Below, piece by piece: positions 1 through 10,544 of a stretch of DNA of 64,000 bases. The position numbers were made by a program, and so were the translations under genes. Location of the stretch: IMG/VR virus record IMGVR_UViG_3300046787_000130, positions 32,001-96,000 of that record; one strand, given 5' to 3'. How positions within the stretch are numbered: position 1 is the first letter of the stretch; each line of letters begins with the position of its first letter. Under the pieces are notes generated by a model. That model saw only the letters and a list, made by a program, of their open reading frames with translations, made no database searches and was not told where the DNA came from. The stretch is from a virus.

Positions 1-2
1 CA

Positions 3-719
3 TATGTCCTAGAATCTGAAAAGCAACTTAACGATTTTAATCAGACTATGTTTAACATTGTGCATCCTGCTGGAATGCAGTTAATTGCGCATACAAAGAT
101 AAGTGACGCAGTTGACGCCGCAACAGACCCTGCTATCGGAGAGTATATCAAGGTTCACCAGAATACAGGTAACATTAATGCTGGTGCAATGTTGTTCTCT
201 GGTTACTACGCAGGTAGCAATGCAAACGCAAATCTAAACACTGCAAATACTCGCAACATTACCTCAAACAGCGTATCCACAACCAACTTTAGCACAATGG
301 GACCAAGCGGAGGTTCACTAGCCGCTGGTGACACCATTATTCTAAACTACACAGATACTTACAGACAAGTTACTTTGACTATTGAGAGTGTGGCTTCAAG
401 TACCCGCCTAAATACAACTCAACCTGTAATCATTAGTGGATTTGGATTGCTAAGTCTGAATAGCGCATCTGTATATGCAACTTGCAGTGAGAATGTAGCA
501 GGAAAGATTCTAGTTAATGACTACTTGAGAATCTTTGATAGATTTGACTATGATGTAACCGGAAATGATAATCACGTTGTTGTTCGCAGAGTTGCTGTGT
601 CACCAACTAATAACATCATTCAGTTAGTATCTGCACCGCCAATAAGTAATTCAAATCTGGGATATTGGATTGACCCTGATTTCAGAAACGTACCAATTAA
701 GATTGAGAGAAACATCTAA
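3..719 (+). CDS. Baseplate wedge subunit, gp7-like (C-terminal part; gene starts before the window)
   Basis: Frame is open from base 3 (YVLESEKQLNDFNQTMFNIVHPAG). The YV..S...HPAG motif is typical of T4-like gp7 C-terminal regions. Directly upstream of gp8. Confidence 0.65.
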   Translation, partial: YVLESEKQLNDFNQTMFNIVHPAGMQLIAHTKISDAVDAATDPAIGEYIKVHQNTGNINAGAMLFSGYYAGSNANANLNTANTRNITSNSVSTTNFSTMGPSGGSLAAGDTIILNYTDTYRQVTLTIESVASSTRLNTTQPVIISGFGLLSLNSASVYATCSENVAGKILVNDYLRIFDRFDYDVTGNDNHVVVRRVAVSPTNNIIQLVSAPPISNSNLGYWIDPDFRNVPIKIERNI

Positions 720-2305
720 TGCATAGATATTCCAAATCTACTGCCCTAAACGGGATTGTAATGGCAAGAGCCTATGAAGATGCTCTGACAAATGACACTG
801 GAAATACCTATGTCGGTCTTGGTCAAGTTTCCTCATCATTCGGAACACCAGTTGTAGATGAATCACTTAACAGTTACAGCGACTTGTTCCAGAATTTAGT
901 AGCAATCAAGAAGATTACCTCCTCTGATATCAATCTTGTTGTTCCTGACGTAGTTTGGACTAACTCTACTGTCTATGACCAGTTTAACAGCGGCGATGAG
1001 ATGTATTCTCATGAAACCATTACACAATTAACTGGTAATGTTAATATTAGTTCCGGTTCAACGGGAATGTCAAATGGAACTAGCGCAACATTGTTTACTA
1101 GCGAACTCAGTGTTGGCGATATCATCCAACTATCTGGTATCGGCAATGAAACATATCCGGTTCGCAGAGAGATTGTTATAATTGATTCTGATACGAATCT
1201 AACAGTAAATACATCATCTGAAACTACCTATACCAACAACCTTGCGTATAAGGTTGCAGACGCATATCCATACTACGGCAAGAGTTTCTATGCTAGAAAT
1301 TCATATGACCAAGTATTCATCTGCATTTTTAATAATGGCGATACCGCATCAACAGTTGAACCAGTGCTGCGCCCAGAAAACTTTTCAATGGGCAAACTAG
1401 TGCAGTCTACAACTGATGGGTATATTTGGCGTTACCTTTACACCATTCCATCAGGATTAAAAGAAAAGTTCCTCTTTACTGATGCTGATAGCAATTCTTG
1501 GATGCCTGTTGCTACAGACGCAATCGTATCATCTACTGCAACAGATGGTGCAATTGAACACATTCGAATTCTAGACAGCGGTTCAGGATACAACTCAAAC
1601 ACCGCTTGCACAAGTGCTGACATCATCACTATCTCTGGTGATGGTACAGGCGCAAGTTATGTTGCTAATGTTTATCAGTCTGCTGCGCTAGACTCTACAA
1701 CTATCTCTGAACTACTATCTGCAAATAATGGTGCAGGTTACAGTTTTGCTAATGTCACTTCATCTGATGTTAGCGGAACTGGTGCGTTGTTTGAAGCATT
1801 AATTGGACCTCCTGGCGGGTTCGGATATGACCCTGCTAAGGATTTGGGTGCAAAGTTCGTTGCACTAAGCGTCGAATTTGCATCAAACGTGTCAGGCACC
1901 CTACCAATAAGTTCTTCAGCAGGGTCTGTTGCATTTAGACAGGTTTCCGTTATTCGGAATCCGCAGTATGCTAATAACGCATATATTTCAGTTGGTGAAG
2001 TTGCTCTAACATCAAACCTTGAAGTTGCAGTCAGTTCCACTCCAACAGTTGGAACTCGTGTTGCTCAAAATGATGGTTACGAAGGTACAGTTGTCGCATT
2101 TACCAACCCATATTTGCTACTAAATAACACTAAAGGTACATTTGCAAATACTGGTCCATTTGTTTCAGGAGTTATTGGAAATGCCCAAACTCTGAATACT
2201 TCTGGAGTGAAGCGTTCTGGTGATATCCTGTTTATGGAAAATATCGCAGCTGTTACCAGAACAACTAATCAAGCCGAACAGATTAAACTCGTATTTAAGT
2301 TTTAG
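719..2305 (+). CDS. gp8: Baseplate wedge protein gp8
   Basis: Motifs KKITSSDINLVVP..W, FYARNSYDQVFICIFNN..STVEP, DGYIWRYLYTIP and the C-terminal SGDILFMEN..TRTTNQAEQIKLVFKF match cyanophage-type gp8. Confidence 0.85.
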   Translation: MHRYSKSTALNGIVMARAYEDALTNDTGNTYVGLGQVSSSFGTPVVDESLNSYSDLFQNLVAIKKITSSDINLVVPDVVWTNSTVYDQFNSGDEMYSHETITQLTGNVNISSGSTGMSNGTSATLFTSELSVGDIIQLSGIGNETYPVRREIVIIDSDTNLTVNTSSETTYTNNLAYKVADAYPYYGKSFYARNSYDQVFICIFNNGDTASTVEPVLRPENFSMGKLVQSTTDGYIWRYLYTIPSGLKEKFLFTDADSNSWMPVATDAIVSSTATDGAIEHIRILDSGSGYNSNTACTSADIITISGDGTGASYVANVYQSAALDSTTISELLSANNGAGYSFANVTSSDVSGTGALFEALIGPPGGFGYDPAKDLGAKFVALSVEFASNVSGTLPISSSAGSVAFRQVSVIRNPQYANNAYISVGEVALTSNLEVAVSSTPTVGTRVAQNDGYEGTVVAFTNPYLLLNNTKGTFANTGPFVSGVIGNAQTLNTSGVKRSGDILFMENIAAVTRTTNQAEQIKLVFKF

Positions 2306-2315
2306 GTAGAAATAC

Positions 2316-5300
2316 ATGGCAAACACCAGTTTTAATTTTAACATTGACCCGTACTACGATGATTTTGAGTCATCAGGCGGCGCAAGAGAGCAAAACTACA
2401 TGCGCATCCTGTTTAGACCAGGAAAGGCAGTACAGGCTCGTGAACTAACTCAGATTCAATCTATTCTACAGAATCAGATTAAATCATTCGGTGACCATAT
2501 TTTCAAGGATGGTTCTCCTGTTCAAGGCGGTCATCTAACCCTAGATGCTAATGCCAAGTCTGTCAAATTGCTACCGCAATATAATAACATTGACATTGAC
2601 TTGACCGATTTCAACGGCAACTTAATCAAGGATACTGGAACTGCTAATGTAAAAGCAGTAGTTGTTGCCGTAGATGATTCTCAGGTAAACCCAACTCTAG
2701 TTGTTAAGTATCTAACCGCGAATGAGTTTACCACTAGTCAGAATCTGCAAGTAGCAAACACTACAATTAACGCTACAACAACTGCTTCTGATGCCTCGGC
2801 TTCCGCATCAACAGTTTCTATCAACGAAGGTATTTTCTACGTTGATGGTTATTTCGTATATGTTGCTGCGCAAACAATTGTTCTAGACCCATACAACAGA
2901 ACACCTAGTTACAAGGTTGGTTTGCAGATTGTTGATGGTATCGTCAATGAATCAACTGACTCATCATTGCTAGACCCTGCTCAAGAATCCTTTAACTTCC
3001 AAGCCCCTGGAGCAACTCGCTATCAGTTTGATTTGGAACTAACAAAGCGCACTCTCACTTCTACTGATGATAGCAAGTTTTTTGAATTGCTGCGCGTCGA
3101 GAATGGAATTATTACAAAGCAGATTGAGTATCCAGTCTACTCAGAGATTGAAAAGACTCTTGCTCGTCGCACATACGATGAATCAGGCGATTACACTGTT
3201 AAGCCATTCCGTGTTACAGTATCTGAAAACCAATCAACCGCAAACACCTTCAAGGTTAACGTTGAACCGGGCAAGGCGTATGTTAAGGGTTATGAGTTTG
3301 AAACATTTGGTACAATCTCATTGGTTAATGACAAAGCCAATACTTCTGCTACAACAAAAGACTACAGTTTCTCGCTAGACTACGGCAGTTATGTAATTAC
3401 ATCAAATGTATACTCAGGCGGCGCTAACGGCTTCTTTGACATTGCATCATACGAATCCGTAGACTTACATACTGTTCCGGTAGCAAGCATTAACACTAAG
3501 TCTTCAGCAGTTTATAGCAACACCAAGATTGGTACGGCTAGAGTTCGCAACATTGACCTAGCAAGCGGTACAGATTACTACGCATATCTTGTTGATATTA
3601 ACACTGCTCCAAAGAACATTACTGTTACCACAGTTACCGCAAACGCGCAGTCCGTAAATCTAGGTAGCACATTCTCTGCATTAGATGATGCGTATAAGGG
3701 TGTCAATCTAAGAACTGTGTCAGGTACTGGAACAGACTCGTATACCAGAACAATCACTTCATACAACGGTACAACTAAGATTGCTGTTGTTGACATTCCA
3801 TTTGCAACTGCACTGGATACGTCATCACCATCTATAGTCAGCCTAGTCTACAATATTAAAGATTGCGACTCCATCGTAAGAGCGCCAACTGTATTTACAA
3901 GCAATATGTATGTCGGACAGGATGCCACAACGCCATTCCTACCATCTATGGATATTGCGTACAACGGTAAGAGCGTTGATGGTAAGGCAGTCCTATTTGA
4001 TGGCAATCGTGGTGGAGTGGTGTATCCTCTTCCTGAGACTTATGTTACTGCATCGGCTTTCTCGGATATCACATACTACAAAAAGAAAGTCTTCACCTCA
4101 ACCAGCGCAGTACCAAGCGGAAGTAACGTAACATTTACTCTTGCTGCTACTGGTAATGAAAAGTTCTTCTTTGGTAATGGCGATTTGTCATCAACAACGG
4201 CAAAGGCTAACTTTATTGTTGTTAACCGTTTTGATGGCAAAACTATGGATTTGGGTGCAACACCAAACCTAGTAAGCCAAGTCTCTGATACCTCATTGAC
4301 CATTCGTATCAAGGGCACATATGCTTCAGCGCAAACTGCTGACATCATTGCTACCTTGCAAGTGCTTGATGCGGGTTCTAGCGGTAAGACTCTCAAGGGT
4401 AACACTTCAAACGCAACTCTAATCGTATCTGATACCTACACAACAGGTGCCGCAGTTCTTAGCACCAGCAGCGGTGTCTATATTAACAAGACTAAGGATG
4501 CGCAAGTTTGGTTTAAGAGTCCATCATACATCCAAAAGACTCCCGGTGTTCCGCAGTCTTTGTATGTAACTGACGTAATTCGTCTGATTAAAGCCTTTGA
4601 CTCAGGTAACATTTCTTGGGCGCCAAACTCAACAAATCAAATTGATATTACAGAACGTTATGTTCTAGATGGTGGTCAGCGTGATAACTACTATGACTTT
4701 GCTACTGTAACTTTAAGAAATGGTTACGCAGCACCAACTGGTCAGACAGTATTCTTGCTCCAGTGCTTTGAGCACAGCGGCTCAACTTACTTCAACTCAG
4801 CGTCATACAGCCCTTACTATACTACAAATCAGATTCCAAACTATGCTACTAAGAATGGCGTAATATCTTTGCGTGATGCTGTTGACTTCCGTCCAACAAG
4901 AGCCAACTCAATCACGACAGACCCAACTACATTTGCACTCTCAACTCGCGACATACCTAGCCCAGACTTCTTCTTCCAAGCAACATACAACTACTATGTG
5001 CCTAGAATTGACAAGTTGGTGCTAACTCGCGATAAGGAGTTCAAGATTGTTAAGGGTGTAGCATCTATTGCTCCAGTAATGCCACCAAACTCTGATGATG
5101 GCATGACGCTCTACAATCTCTACATTCCACCATACACAGCAAACGTTGCTGAGATTGGTATTGAATACGTTGAGAACAAGCGTTACACGATGCGTGATAT
5201 TGGCGCACTAGAGAAGCGTGTAGAGAATATTGAATACTACACATCACTAAATGTTCTAGAACTACAAGCAAGAAATGAAACTATTCTTTATGAAGACAAT

Positions 5301-5984
5301 GTTCTAGAAAAGGAAAAGTATGGTATTGTTACTGATGATTTTACTGACTTTACTGTGGCTGATGGAACTAGTGCCGACCTAGTGTGCAACATCTCCAAGG
5401 CTAGACTTGGACCTTATCGCGCACAGAAGCCTTTCAAACTAGATTATCAATCAGTATCAGGTTCAATCAGCATTAATGATAGAACCATTTCGTTAGCATA
5501 TTCACAAGAAGCCTGCATTACGCAGAATACCGCAACCAAGGCAATTACTGTGCAGCCATATGAGTTTGCTCAGTTCTATGGCTCAATGAAGTTGTTCCCA
5601 GAAACTGACTACTGGTACAGCACTCAATTGGTTCCAGAAGTATTAACTGCATCAACGCAGATTTCTCCGCATTTAGAACGACCGCCATCACCGCCAGAGC
5701 CAACCCCAGCACCAGAAATTAATCCTTCTGCAAATTTGGTAAGCGCACCTGTTACAGTTGGTCTACCAAACTTCTGGCAGAATCAGATTAACCCTGTTGA
5801 CGGATTTGGTACTATAGATATCAATAGCAACTGGTTTGGTGCAGGACTTGCTACGCCTTGGATTGCTCCTAGCGTATCCAACTTTGACATAACTTTTGGT
5901 AGCAATATTCCAGGCATAAGTGGTGTTAGCGGCGGTCTTAGTGGAATAAATCGTTTAACTGGCGGCACAGTCGCCCAAGTTTAA
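2316..5984 (+). CDS. Large virion structural protein, VrlC/DUF4815-like (N-terminal part)
   Basis: Motifs FNIDPYYDDF, RILFRPGKAVQARELTQIQSILQNQI, LARRTYDESGDY and NKRYTMRDIGALEKRVENIEYYTSL. Follows gp8. Confidence 0.8.
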   Translation: MANTSFNFNIDPYYDDFESSGGAREQNYMRILFRPGKAVQARELTQIQSILQNQIKSFGDHIFKDGSPVQGGHLTLDANAKSVKLLPQYNNIDIDLTDFNGNLIKDTGTANVKAVVVAVDDSQVNPTLVVKYLTANEFTTSQNLQVANTTINATTTASDASASASTVSINEGIFYVDGYFVYVAAQTIVLDPYNRTPSYKVGLQIVDGIVNESTDSSLLDPAQESFNFQAPGATRYQFDLELTKRTLTSTDDSKFFELLRVENGIITKQIEYPVYSEIEKTLARRTYDESGDYTVKPFRVTVSENQSTANTFKVNVEPGKAYVKGYEFETFGTISLVNDKANTSATTKDYSFSLDYGSYVITSNVYSGGANGFFDIASYESVDLHTVPVASINTKSSAVYSNTKIGTARVRNIDLASGTDYYAYLVDINTAPKNITVTTVTANAQSVNLGSTFSALDDAYKGVNLRTVSGTGTDSYTRTITSYNGTTKIAVVDIPFATALDTSSPSIVSLVYNIKDCDSIVRAPTVFTSNMYVGQDATTPFLPSMDIAYNGKSVDGKAVLFDGNRGGVVYPLPETYVTASAFSDITYYKKKVFTSTSAVPSGSNVTFTLAATGNEKFFFGNGDLSSTTAKANFIVVNRFDGKTMDLGATPNLVSQVSDTSLTIRIKGTYASAQTADIIATLQVLDAGSSGKTLKGNTSNATLIVSDTYTTGAAVLSTSSGVYINKTKDAQVWFKSPSYIQKTPGVPQSLYVTDVIRLIKAFDSGNISWAPNSTNQIDITERYVLDGGQRDNYYDFATVTLRNGYAAPTGQTVFLLQCFEHSGSTYFNSASYSPYYTTNQIPNYATKNGVISLRDAVDFRPTRANSITTDPTTFALSTRDIPSPDFFFQATYNYYVPRIDKLVLTRDKEFKIVKGVASIAPVMPPNSDDGMTLYNLYIPPYTANVAEIGIEYVENKRYTMRDIGALEKRVENIEYYTSLNVLELQARNETILYEDNVLEKEKYGIVTDDFTDFTVADGTSADLVCNISKARLGPYRAQKPFKLDYQSVSGSISINDRTISLAYSQEACITQNTATKAITVQPYEFAQFYGSMKLFPETDYWYSTQLVPEVLTASTQISPHLERPPSPPEPTPAPEINPSANLVSAPVTVGLPNFWQNQINPVDGFGTIDINSNWFGAGLATPWIAPSVSNFDITFGSNIPGISGVSGGLSGINRLTGGTVAQV

Positions 5985-6000
5985 TAGGTAAAAAGCAAAT

Positions 6001-8754
6001 ATGGCTACACAAAATCCAATTACGGTTACTTCAGGTCAGTTTCTAGTTGACACCAGCATCGTACCTTTCATCAGAAAGAACGATGTTGAGTTTGCAGCTG
6101 GTGACCTTAAGCCATACAAAACTGCAAACTTCTTTTTTGATGAAACAGATGTTAGCCGATTTGTTCAGAATCCTTCAGTACTAACAGCAAGTGAAACTAC
6201 AGACCTTGGACTATCTCGCGGCAACAAACTCTACAACCTAACAACTAAAGCATATGCTAGTGTTGTTGATGCCTCCCCAAACAATACAATCTCGCTAAAT
6301 GAAGATTACTTAACGGTCAATATTGCTGGCGTCCTACTAACATCATCATCCTACGCTAGAGGCGATGTTGTTTATCAGAATGGCGCTGCAACTGGTGCTG
6401 CTAATGCTGACTCAAATACCTTTATGGCTAGAGTTGAGTATTGGGATGTTGCAAACACCATTCTAATCCTGACACCGCAGCACGGTACATTAAATTATGC
6501 GTCAGGTGTTGGCAACACTTTGTTTAAGGTTCCTAGCACAAGCGCAACAAGCAATGTTCGTAGTGTTGTTGGTGCTACGCCAAGTGCTAGATTTACAAGT
6601 GGTCAGACTGTAGTAAATCTTGATGCGCCGGCAACAACTCTAACAGTAGCAACATATCAGCACTACTCAGGACAAGTCCTAGTTGTTGATGGTGCAACTA
6701 GCACAATTAATGTAACATCAAATCTAATTAACACTGGAGTTGGTTCTGGTAATCTAATTCGCATTACATCAGGAACTGGCTTGGGTCAACTGCGTAGCAT
6801 TTCTAGCATTGACTCTACTGGTATGAAGATTACCCTAAACTCCGCACTTAGCGTAGCCGTAACTAGCAACTCAAGATACTCCATTGCTACACCTACAGTT
6901 AACCAGTATGGTAGAATCTCTGGTATCTTTACAATTCCAGAAGACTCTTTGCTCAAGTTCAGAACTGGCGAAAGACTGTTCACCATTACTGACGCATCAA
7001 CAGCAACTGACCAAGATGCTGAAATGCGCTCAACAGCAAAGTATGTTGCTTCAGGTCTGTTAAACAGAACTCAAGAACTAAGAATTACTCCAATTGTACA
7101 AGTGCCACCGCCACCAGCGCCAACACCTCCACCAATCGTACAACCTCCAACTCCAGTAATTCCTCGTCTTCGTCGCGACCCTGTTGCGCAAACATTCTTC
7201 ACGCCAAAGCCAAAGAGCCAAAAGCAAAATTACGGTATCTTTGTATCTTCTGTAGACTTATTCTTCAAGAGCAAGCCATCATTAAGCGTTGGTGCACCTC
7301 AACTGCCAGTAACTGTTCGATTGGTTAAAACCGCAAATGGTTTTCCAACACAAGATGTTCTAGCATCCGCAACTGTTTATCCTGCAAGCGTTAATACGAC
7401 AAACGGCATAGATGTATTACCAGACTCAACAAATTCTTCAACATATACCAGATTTACTTTTGGTGACCCAGTATATCTTGAAGCCTCATCTGAGTATGCG
7501 TTGGTTGTTGCATCAGAATCACCTGACTATGAAGTTTGGATTTCTGAACTAGGTCAGAACATTCTTGGCACAAACCGTCGCGTTTCTGAGCAGCCATACG
7601 CAGGAAGTTTCTTCCGCAGTCAGAATGCTTCAACCTGGACACCATTCCAGAACCAAGACTTGATGTTTGTTGTTAACAAAGCAGTCTTTACAACAAGTCC
7701 TGCAACACTAACATACAGCATTCAACCTGCTACAGCAAATTCATATGCCGATGAAATTCTAGTTCACGCATCTGATGTTACCTTCCCAGTAGCAAATGTG
7801 TCTTACTTTGCAAAGACAACGTTGGCAAGTGACCTAAGCAAGGATGCTGCATACTTCCAAATCACTCCTAATGAACTGTACAAGTTTGGTAAGGATTTGA
7901 AGAATTCTTCTAAGAATAACAATCGCAGAAGAATTATTCAGGCTGGTGATAAGAACACGCTAAACGTACAGGTTTCGTTGCTAACAAGCGACTCAGATGT
8001 ATCACCAATCTTTAATGCTGAAAGATTAAGTGTTGTTGCTATTGAGAATCAGATTAATGCTGGCTCACTAACAAGCAACAATGTTACCATTACTAATGGC
8101 GGTGGACAGCACTCAACCAATACTGGAATTGTAGTTACTGTTTCTGCACCGCAGTTGGCTAATGGCACAACCGCAACCGCAGTAGTTCTCAACTCGCAGA
8201 TTGTTGGCGGCAACATTACTGGCGTATTTGTAACAAGCGCAGGTTCAGGATATGTTGAAGCCCCAACAATTACAATTACAGACACTGCTGTAGCATCTCC
8301 ATATGCTAACGCAACCGCAGTAGTTGCTGGTGAGAACTCTAACTATGGCGGTAACGCTAAGGCTAGATATATCACAAGAAAGATTACTCTTGCTGACGGA
8401 TTTGATGCTGGCGATTTAAGAATGTATATTCGCGCAGCACGTCCGCAAGGCACTAATGTTGTGGCATACTATAAGGTTCTTTCAACTGAAGACCCTGCAA
8501 ACTTCTTTGACAAGAAGTGGCAGAGATTAAACTTGGTTAAAGATTTGTATTCTCCTGACCAGGATACAACAGTTGAACTACAGTATCGTCCTTCAACAAA
8601 TAGCGGTAAGTTAGCATACACTGAGAATGGAGTAATCTATCCTCTTGGCGGTAAGTTTAAGCAATTTGCAATCAAACTTGTTCTTCTTGCGGATGACCCA
8701 TCGGTTGTTCCATATGTAAAGAACATGAGAGTGATTGCAACACCTGAAGGCTAA
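6001..8754 (+). CDS. Virion structural protein, VrlC/DUF4815-like (C-terminal part)
   Basis: Motifs IVPFIR, FRTGERLF, DPVAQTF, SVDLFFKSK, QPYAGSFFRSQNASTWTP.Q.QDLMF and FKQFAIKLVL..VPYVKNMRVIA are characteristic of the C-terminal half of this family. Confidence 0.75.
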   Translation: MATQNPITVTSGQFLVDTSIVPFIRKNDVEFAAGDLKPYKTANFFFDETDVSRFVQNPSVLTASETTDLGLSRGNKLYNLTTKAYASVVDASPNNTISLNEDYLTVNIAGVLLTSSSYARGDVVYQNGAATGAANADSNTFMARVEYWDVANTILILTPQHGTLNYASGVGNTLFKVPSTSATSNVRSVVGATPSARFTSGQTVVNLDAPATTLTVATYQHYSGQVLVVDGATSTINVTSNLINTGVGSGNLIRITSGTGLGQLRSISSIDSTGMKITLNSALSVAVTSNSRYSIATPTVNQYGRISGIFTIPEDSLLKFRTGERLFTITDASTATDQDAEMRSTAKYVASGLLNRTQELRITPIVQVPPPPAPTPPPIVQPPTPVIPRLRRDPVAQTFFTPKPKSQKQNYGIFVSSVDLFFKSKPSLSVGAPQLPVTVRLVKTANGFPTQDVLASATVYPASVNTTNGIDVLPDSTNSSTYTRFTFGDPVYLEASSEYALVVASESPDYEVWISELGQNILGTNRRVSEQPYAGSFFRSQNASTWTPFQNQDLMFVVNKAVFTTSPATLTYSIQPATANSYADEILVHASDVTFPVANVSYFAKTTLASDLSKDAAYFQITPNELYKFGKDLKNSSKNNNRRRIIQAGDKNTLNVQVSLLTSDSDVSPIFNAERLSVVAIENQINAGSLTSNNVTITNGGGQHSTNTGIVVTVSAPQLANGTTATAVVLNSQIVGGNITGVFVTSAGSGYVEAPTITITDTAVASPYANATAVVAGENSNYGGNAKARYITRKITLADGFDAGDLRMYIRAARPQGTNVVAYYKVLSTEDPANFFDKKWQRLNLVKDLYSPDQDTTVELQYRPSTNSGKLAYTENGVIYPLGGKFKQFAIKLVLLADDPSVVPYVKNMRVIATPEG

Positions 8755-8758
8755 TATA

Positions 8759-8968
8759 ATGAAGTATATGAAAGTAAAAGATGAAACTCACTTGGTTAGG
8801 GATGTCTATAGTAAAGCAATCCTTAACACTGACAAGGACATCTTAAAGAAACACGACATGAAGATGCGTCAGGTTGAACGAGATAAGCGTCAGAACGAAG
8901 AAATAAATAGTTTGAAAGACGAAATCAATGAGTTAAGAAAACTCATTGAAAATATGCTCAAGAGGTAG
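8759..8968 (+). CDS. Small conserved coiled-coil protein following the VrlC-like gene
   Basis: KVKDETHLVRDVYSKAILNTD followed by a coiled coil, as usually seen at this position in T4-like phages. ATG at 8759 preferred over the 8735 start. Confidence 0.65.
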   Translation: MKYMKVKDETHLVRDVYSKAILNTDKDILKKHDMKMRQVERDKRQNEEINSLKDEINELRKLIENMLKR

Positions 8969-8973
8969 AGTAG

Positions 8974-10089
8974 ATGGCTAATGCAAATATTAGTGAAATT
9001 GTCTTATCAGACACATTTAATACATGGGTGCAAAGACACAATGTAGTAGCAAATACTATCAATGTCCTCCGCAATGGTGCTTACTATAAGGATGGGGGCA
9101 GTCTCACTCTAAATGTTGCTACTACCATTTCTGATAATGGCACCTTAACGTTGTCTAAGACTACCGGTACAGTTCTTTCTGTTGCCGGTAATACCTCCAT
9201 ATCCAAGGATTTGTTCTTAGGACCAACCAGTATTAATGTTAATTCTGTATTAGCAAATACACCTAATACTGCTAGAGTTTCTGCTAACGGCAGCTCAACG
9301 CTATCAGCACAACAAATTAATTTTGTCAATACTGCAACCATTCAAGTATCAGTAGTTTCAGGAGCAGGTGCTGCAGCAGGTAATGCTAATGTATCTTTCT
9401 CTGTTGTTGGCGGTGCTGGAACACAAGGTGCTCAAGGTACTCAAGGTCTTCAGGGTTTGCAAGGGCGCCAAGGTGTTCAAGGAACACAAGGAATAGGTTC
9501 TCAAGGCGTACAAGGTCTTCAGGGTGTTCAAGGAACAGGTTCACAAGGTACTCAAGGCGCGCAAGGTTCTGGCTCGCAAGGTTCTCAAGGTGCTCAAGGT
9601 GCTGGTTCTCAGGGTCTACAAGGTCTTCAGGGCGTTCAAGGAACAACTGGACCAGTAGCAGGTTCAACCGGACAATTAATATACAACAATGCTGGTAGTG
9701 CTGGTGGCGCAAGTGGAACAAGTTTCGATTCATCAACAACTACATTAACAGCAACAGCAAATGTTCGATACACGGGAACAATTGTTGACACTCCAATCGT
9801 CTCTACTAGCGCAAGTGCTACCTATAGCGAAAATGCTGCTGGTAAGGTTGTTATTGTTGATACTTCAATTGGCGCAAGAACAATCACCTTTGCTGCGGCT
9901 GCATATGCTGGATTTAGCACTACAGTAATTCGCGCAGGTACTGGCAATGTAACCATTGCTCCCGGTGCTGGTGTTACAAAGCAAAACAGTTCAAGTTTCT
10001 CAACTGCAAATATCGCAACCTCATATTCAGCTGCAACAGTTATATACTCAGCAACTAATGAAATTATCTTGGTGGGAGATATTCTGTAA
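8974..10089 (+). CDS. Collagen-like fibre protein
   Basis: N-terminal DTFNTW motif typical of T4-like fibre N-termini, a G-X-Q repeat block and a ~100 aa C-terminal module ending LVGDIL. Confidence 0.65.
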   Translation: MANANISEIVLSDTFNTWVQRHNVVANTINVLRNGAYYKDGGSLTLNVATTISDNGTLTLSKTTGTVLSVAGNTSISKDLFLGPTSINVNSVLANTPNTARVSANGSSTLSAQQINFVNTATIQVSVVSGAGAAAGNANVSFSVVGGAGTQGAQGTQGLQGLQGRQGVQGTQGIGSQGVQGLQGVQGTGSQGTQGAQGSGSQGSQGAQGAGSQGLQGLQGVQGTTGPVAGSTGQLIYNNAGSAGGASGTSFDSSTTTLTATANVRYTGTIVDTPIVSTSASATYSENAAGKVVIVDTSIGARTITFAAAAYAGFSTTVIRAGTGNVTIAPGAGVTKQNSSSFSTANIATSYSAATVIYSATNEIILVGDIL

Positions 10090-10541
10090 TGACTTTTTTG
10101 CGACGTGGAGCATCATTTAAGTCTGACAAATATAGAGTTGAACTTGGCGAGTTTATCAGTCCACAAGTTAACTCTTATGGTGCAGGCGGTTCAGGCGGAG
10201 TTGGATTGTACATTTATAATAACGGCTTTATGGATGCTACTGGAACTAAAAGCAGACCTGAAGGTGTAATTTTAAATACTTTTACCAATAGAAAGTGGAA
10301 ATTATCACAAAGTCTTGCAAGCACCTACTACGTTAGAGCCACTGATAATGGAAGTATTGACGTTCCTGGTGGTAGCGGATTTGATACTTGGTTGCAATTA
10401 AATACAACTAGAAGTTGGACATTGTCAACATCAGCAAATGATGTAAGTTCAGATTTTATAATTGAAATTGCAGCTGATTCTGGCGGACAAAGAATACTAG
10501 ATACAGTAGGCGTTCATTTTGAAGTATTTGTATCAGGGTAA
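10089..10541 (+). CDS. Hypothetical fibre-associated protein
   Basis: 150 aa ORF, translationally coupled (TAATG) to the fibre gene; beta-rich composition. Confidence 0.5.
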   Translation: MTFLRRGASFKSDKYRVELGEFISPQVNSYGAGGSGGVGLYIYNNGFMDATGTKSRPEGVILNTFTNRKWKLSQSLASTYYVRATDNGSIDVPGGSGFDTWLQLNTTRSWTLSTSANDVSSDFIIEIAADSGGQRILDTVGVHFEVFVSG

Positions 10542-10544
10542 TCT

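Noticed and set aside
48-8754. Apparent excess of N-X-S/T glycosylation sequons in structural proteins
   Set aside because: Could be explained by high Asn/Ser/Thr content; not supportable without statistics.
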